A DNA stretch of 61,722 bases, filler included, from Choristocarpus tenellus KU-1152 (Eukaryota > Protista > Phaeophyceae): assembly GCA_964200185.2 (NCBI GenBank). It is 10 parts of 10 records of this genome, joined end to end, with 100 filler letters (N's around TTAATTAATTAA, not from the genome) between each part and the next. Parts side by side here need not be neighbours in the genome. Positions count along the whole stretch, not along the records: positions 53,266 to 61,722 come from CAXNAD020004687.1; 9 more parts are not named here. One strand, written 5' to 3'. The notes beneath the pieces were generated by a model. It had not been told where the DNA came from. It did not search any database and was given only the letters and a program-made list of their open reading frames with translations. Both the position numbers and the translations under genes were made by a program. Positions 61,599-61,722 of the stretch are shown here, piece by piece. Position 1 is the stretch's first letter, and each line of letters starts with the position of its first letter.

Positions 61599-61722
61599 GA
61601 GTCAAAGCAGACGAGAGGTACCCAGAGTTGCATTTTAAGGATCCCAGCAAAATACGCACGAAAATTGACTAACCCTAACCCTATTATTGCAAATGTGTAT
61701 AGACCCAACGTATCTGGGGGGG
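61599..61722. mobile_element. MITE family C left end with CCCTAA tract, interrupted by the start of a family B MITE at the window end
   Basis: gagtcaaagcagacgagaggtacccagagttgcattttaaggat...; gacccaacgtatctggggggg. Confidence 0.75.

Overview
Eukaryotic, intron-rich genomic DNA, most likely a brown alga or close stramenopile (inferred from gene content, GT-AG introns and TTAGGG motifs). The window is ten fragments joined by nine artificial 100-nt spacers (N44-TTAATTAATTAA-N44), so linkage across spacers is unproven. Recognisable host genes: 3' part of a TRPC4AP-like gene, a head-to-head EamA transporter / ALKBH6-like pair, 3' part of a phosphatidate cytidylyltransferase, a head-to-head SPINDLY-like GT41 / TANGO6 pair, allantoicase and an exostosin-like GT47. 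Much of the rest is transposon material: three MITE families with shared GRGYCAAAG-like termini (4-bp TSDs in two, Sola2-like), an RLE-type LINE and its scattered 3' ends, mariner, Gypsy and RTE-like relics, and a TGT..ACA foldback element. The most unusual signal is at 28.3-35.3 kb. A tandem repeat array with a 32-bp palindrome precedes a spliced, lightly decayed gene encoding a ParB/Srx-like domain plus HTH, visible only after removing a MITE. The next fragment holds a multi-exon Sola-type DDD transposase. These may be one large Sola-like transposon carrying a ParB-like accessory gene. All protein calls rest on motif recognition by eye; no searches were run.
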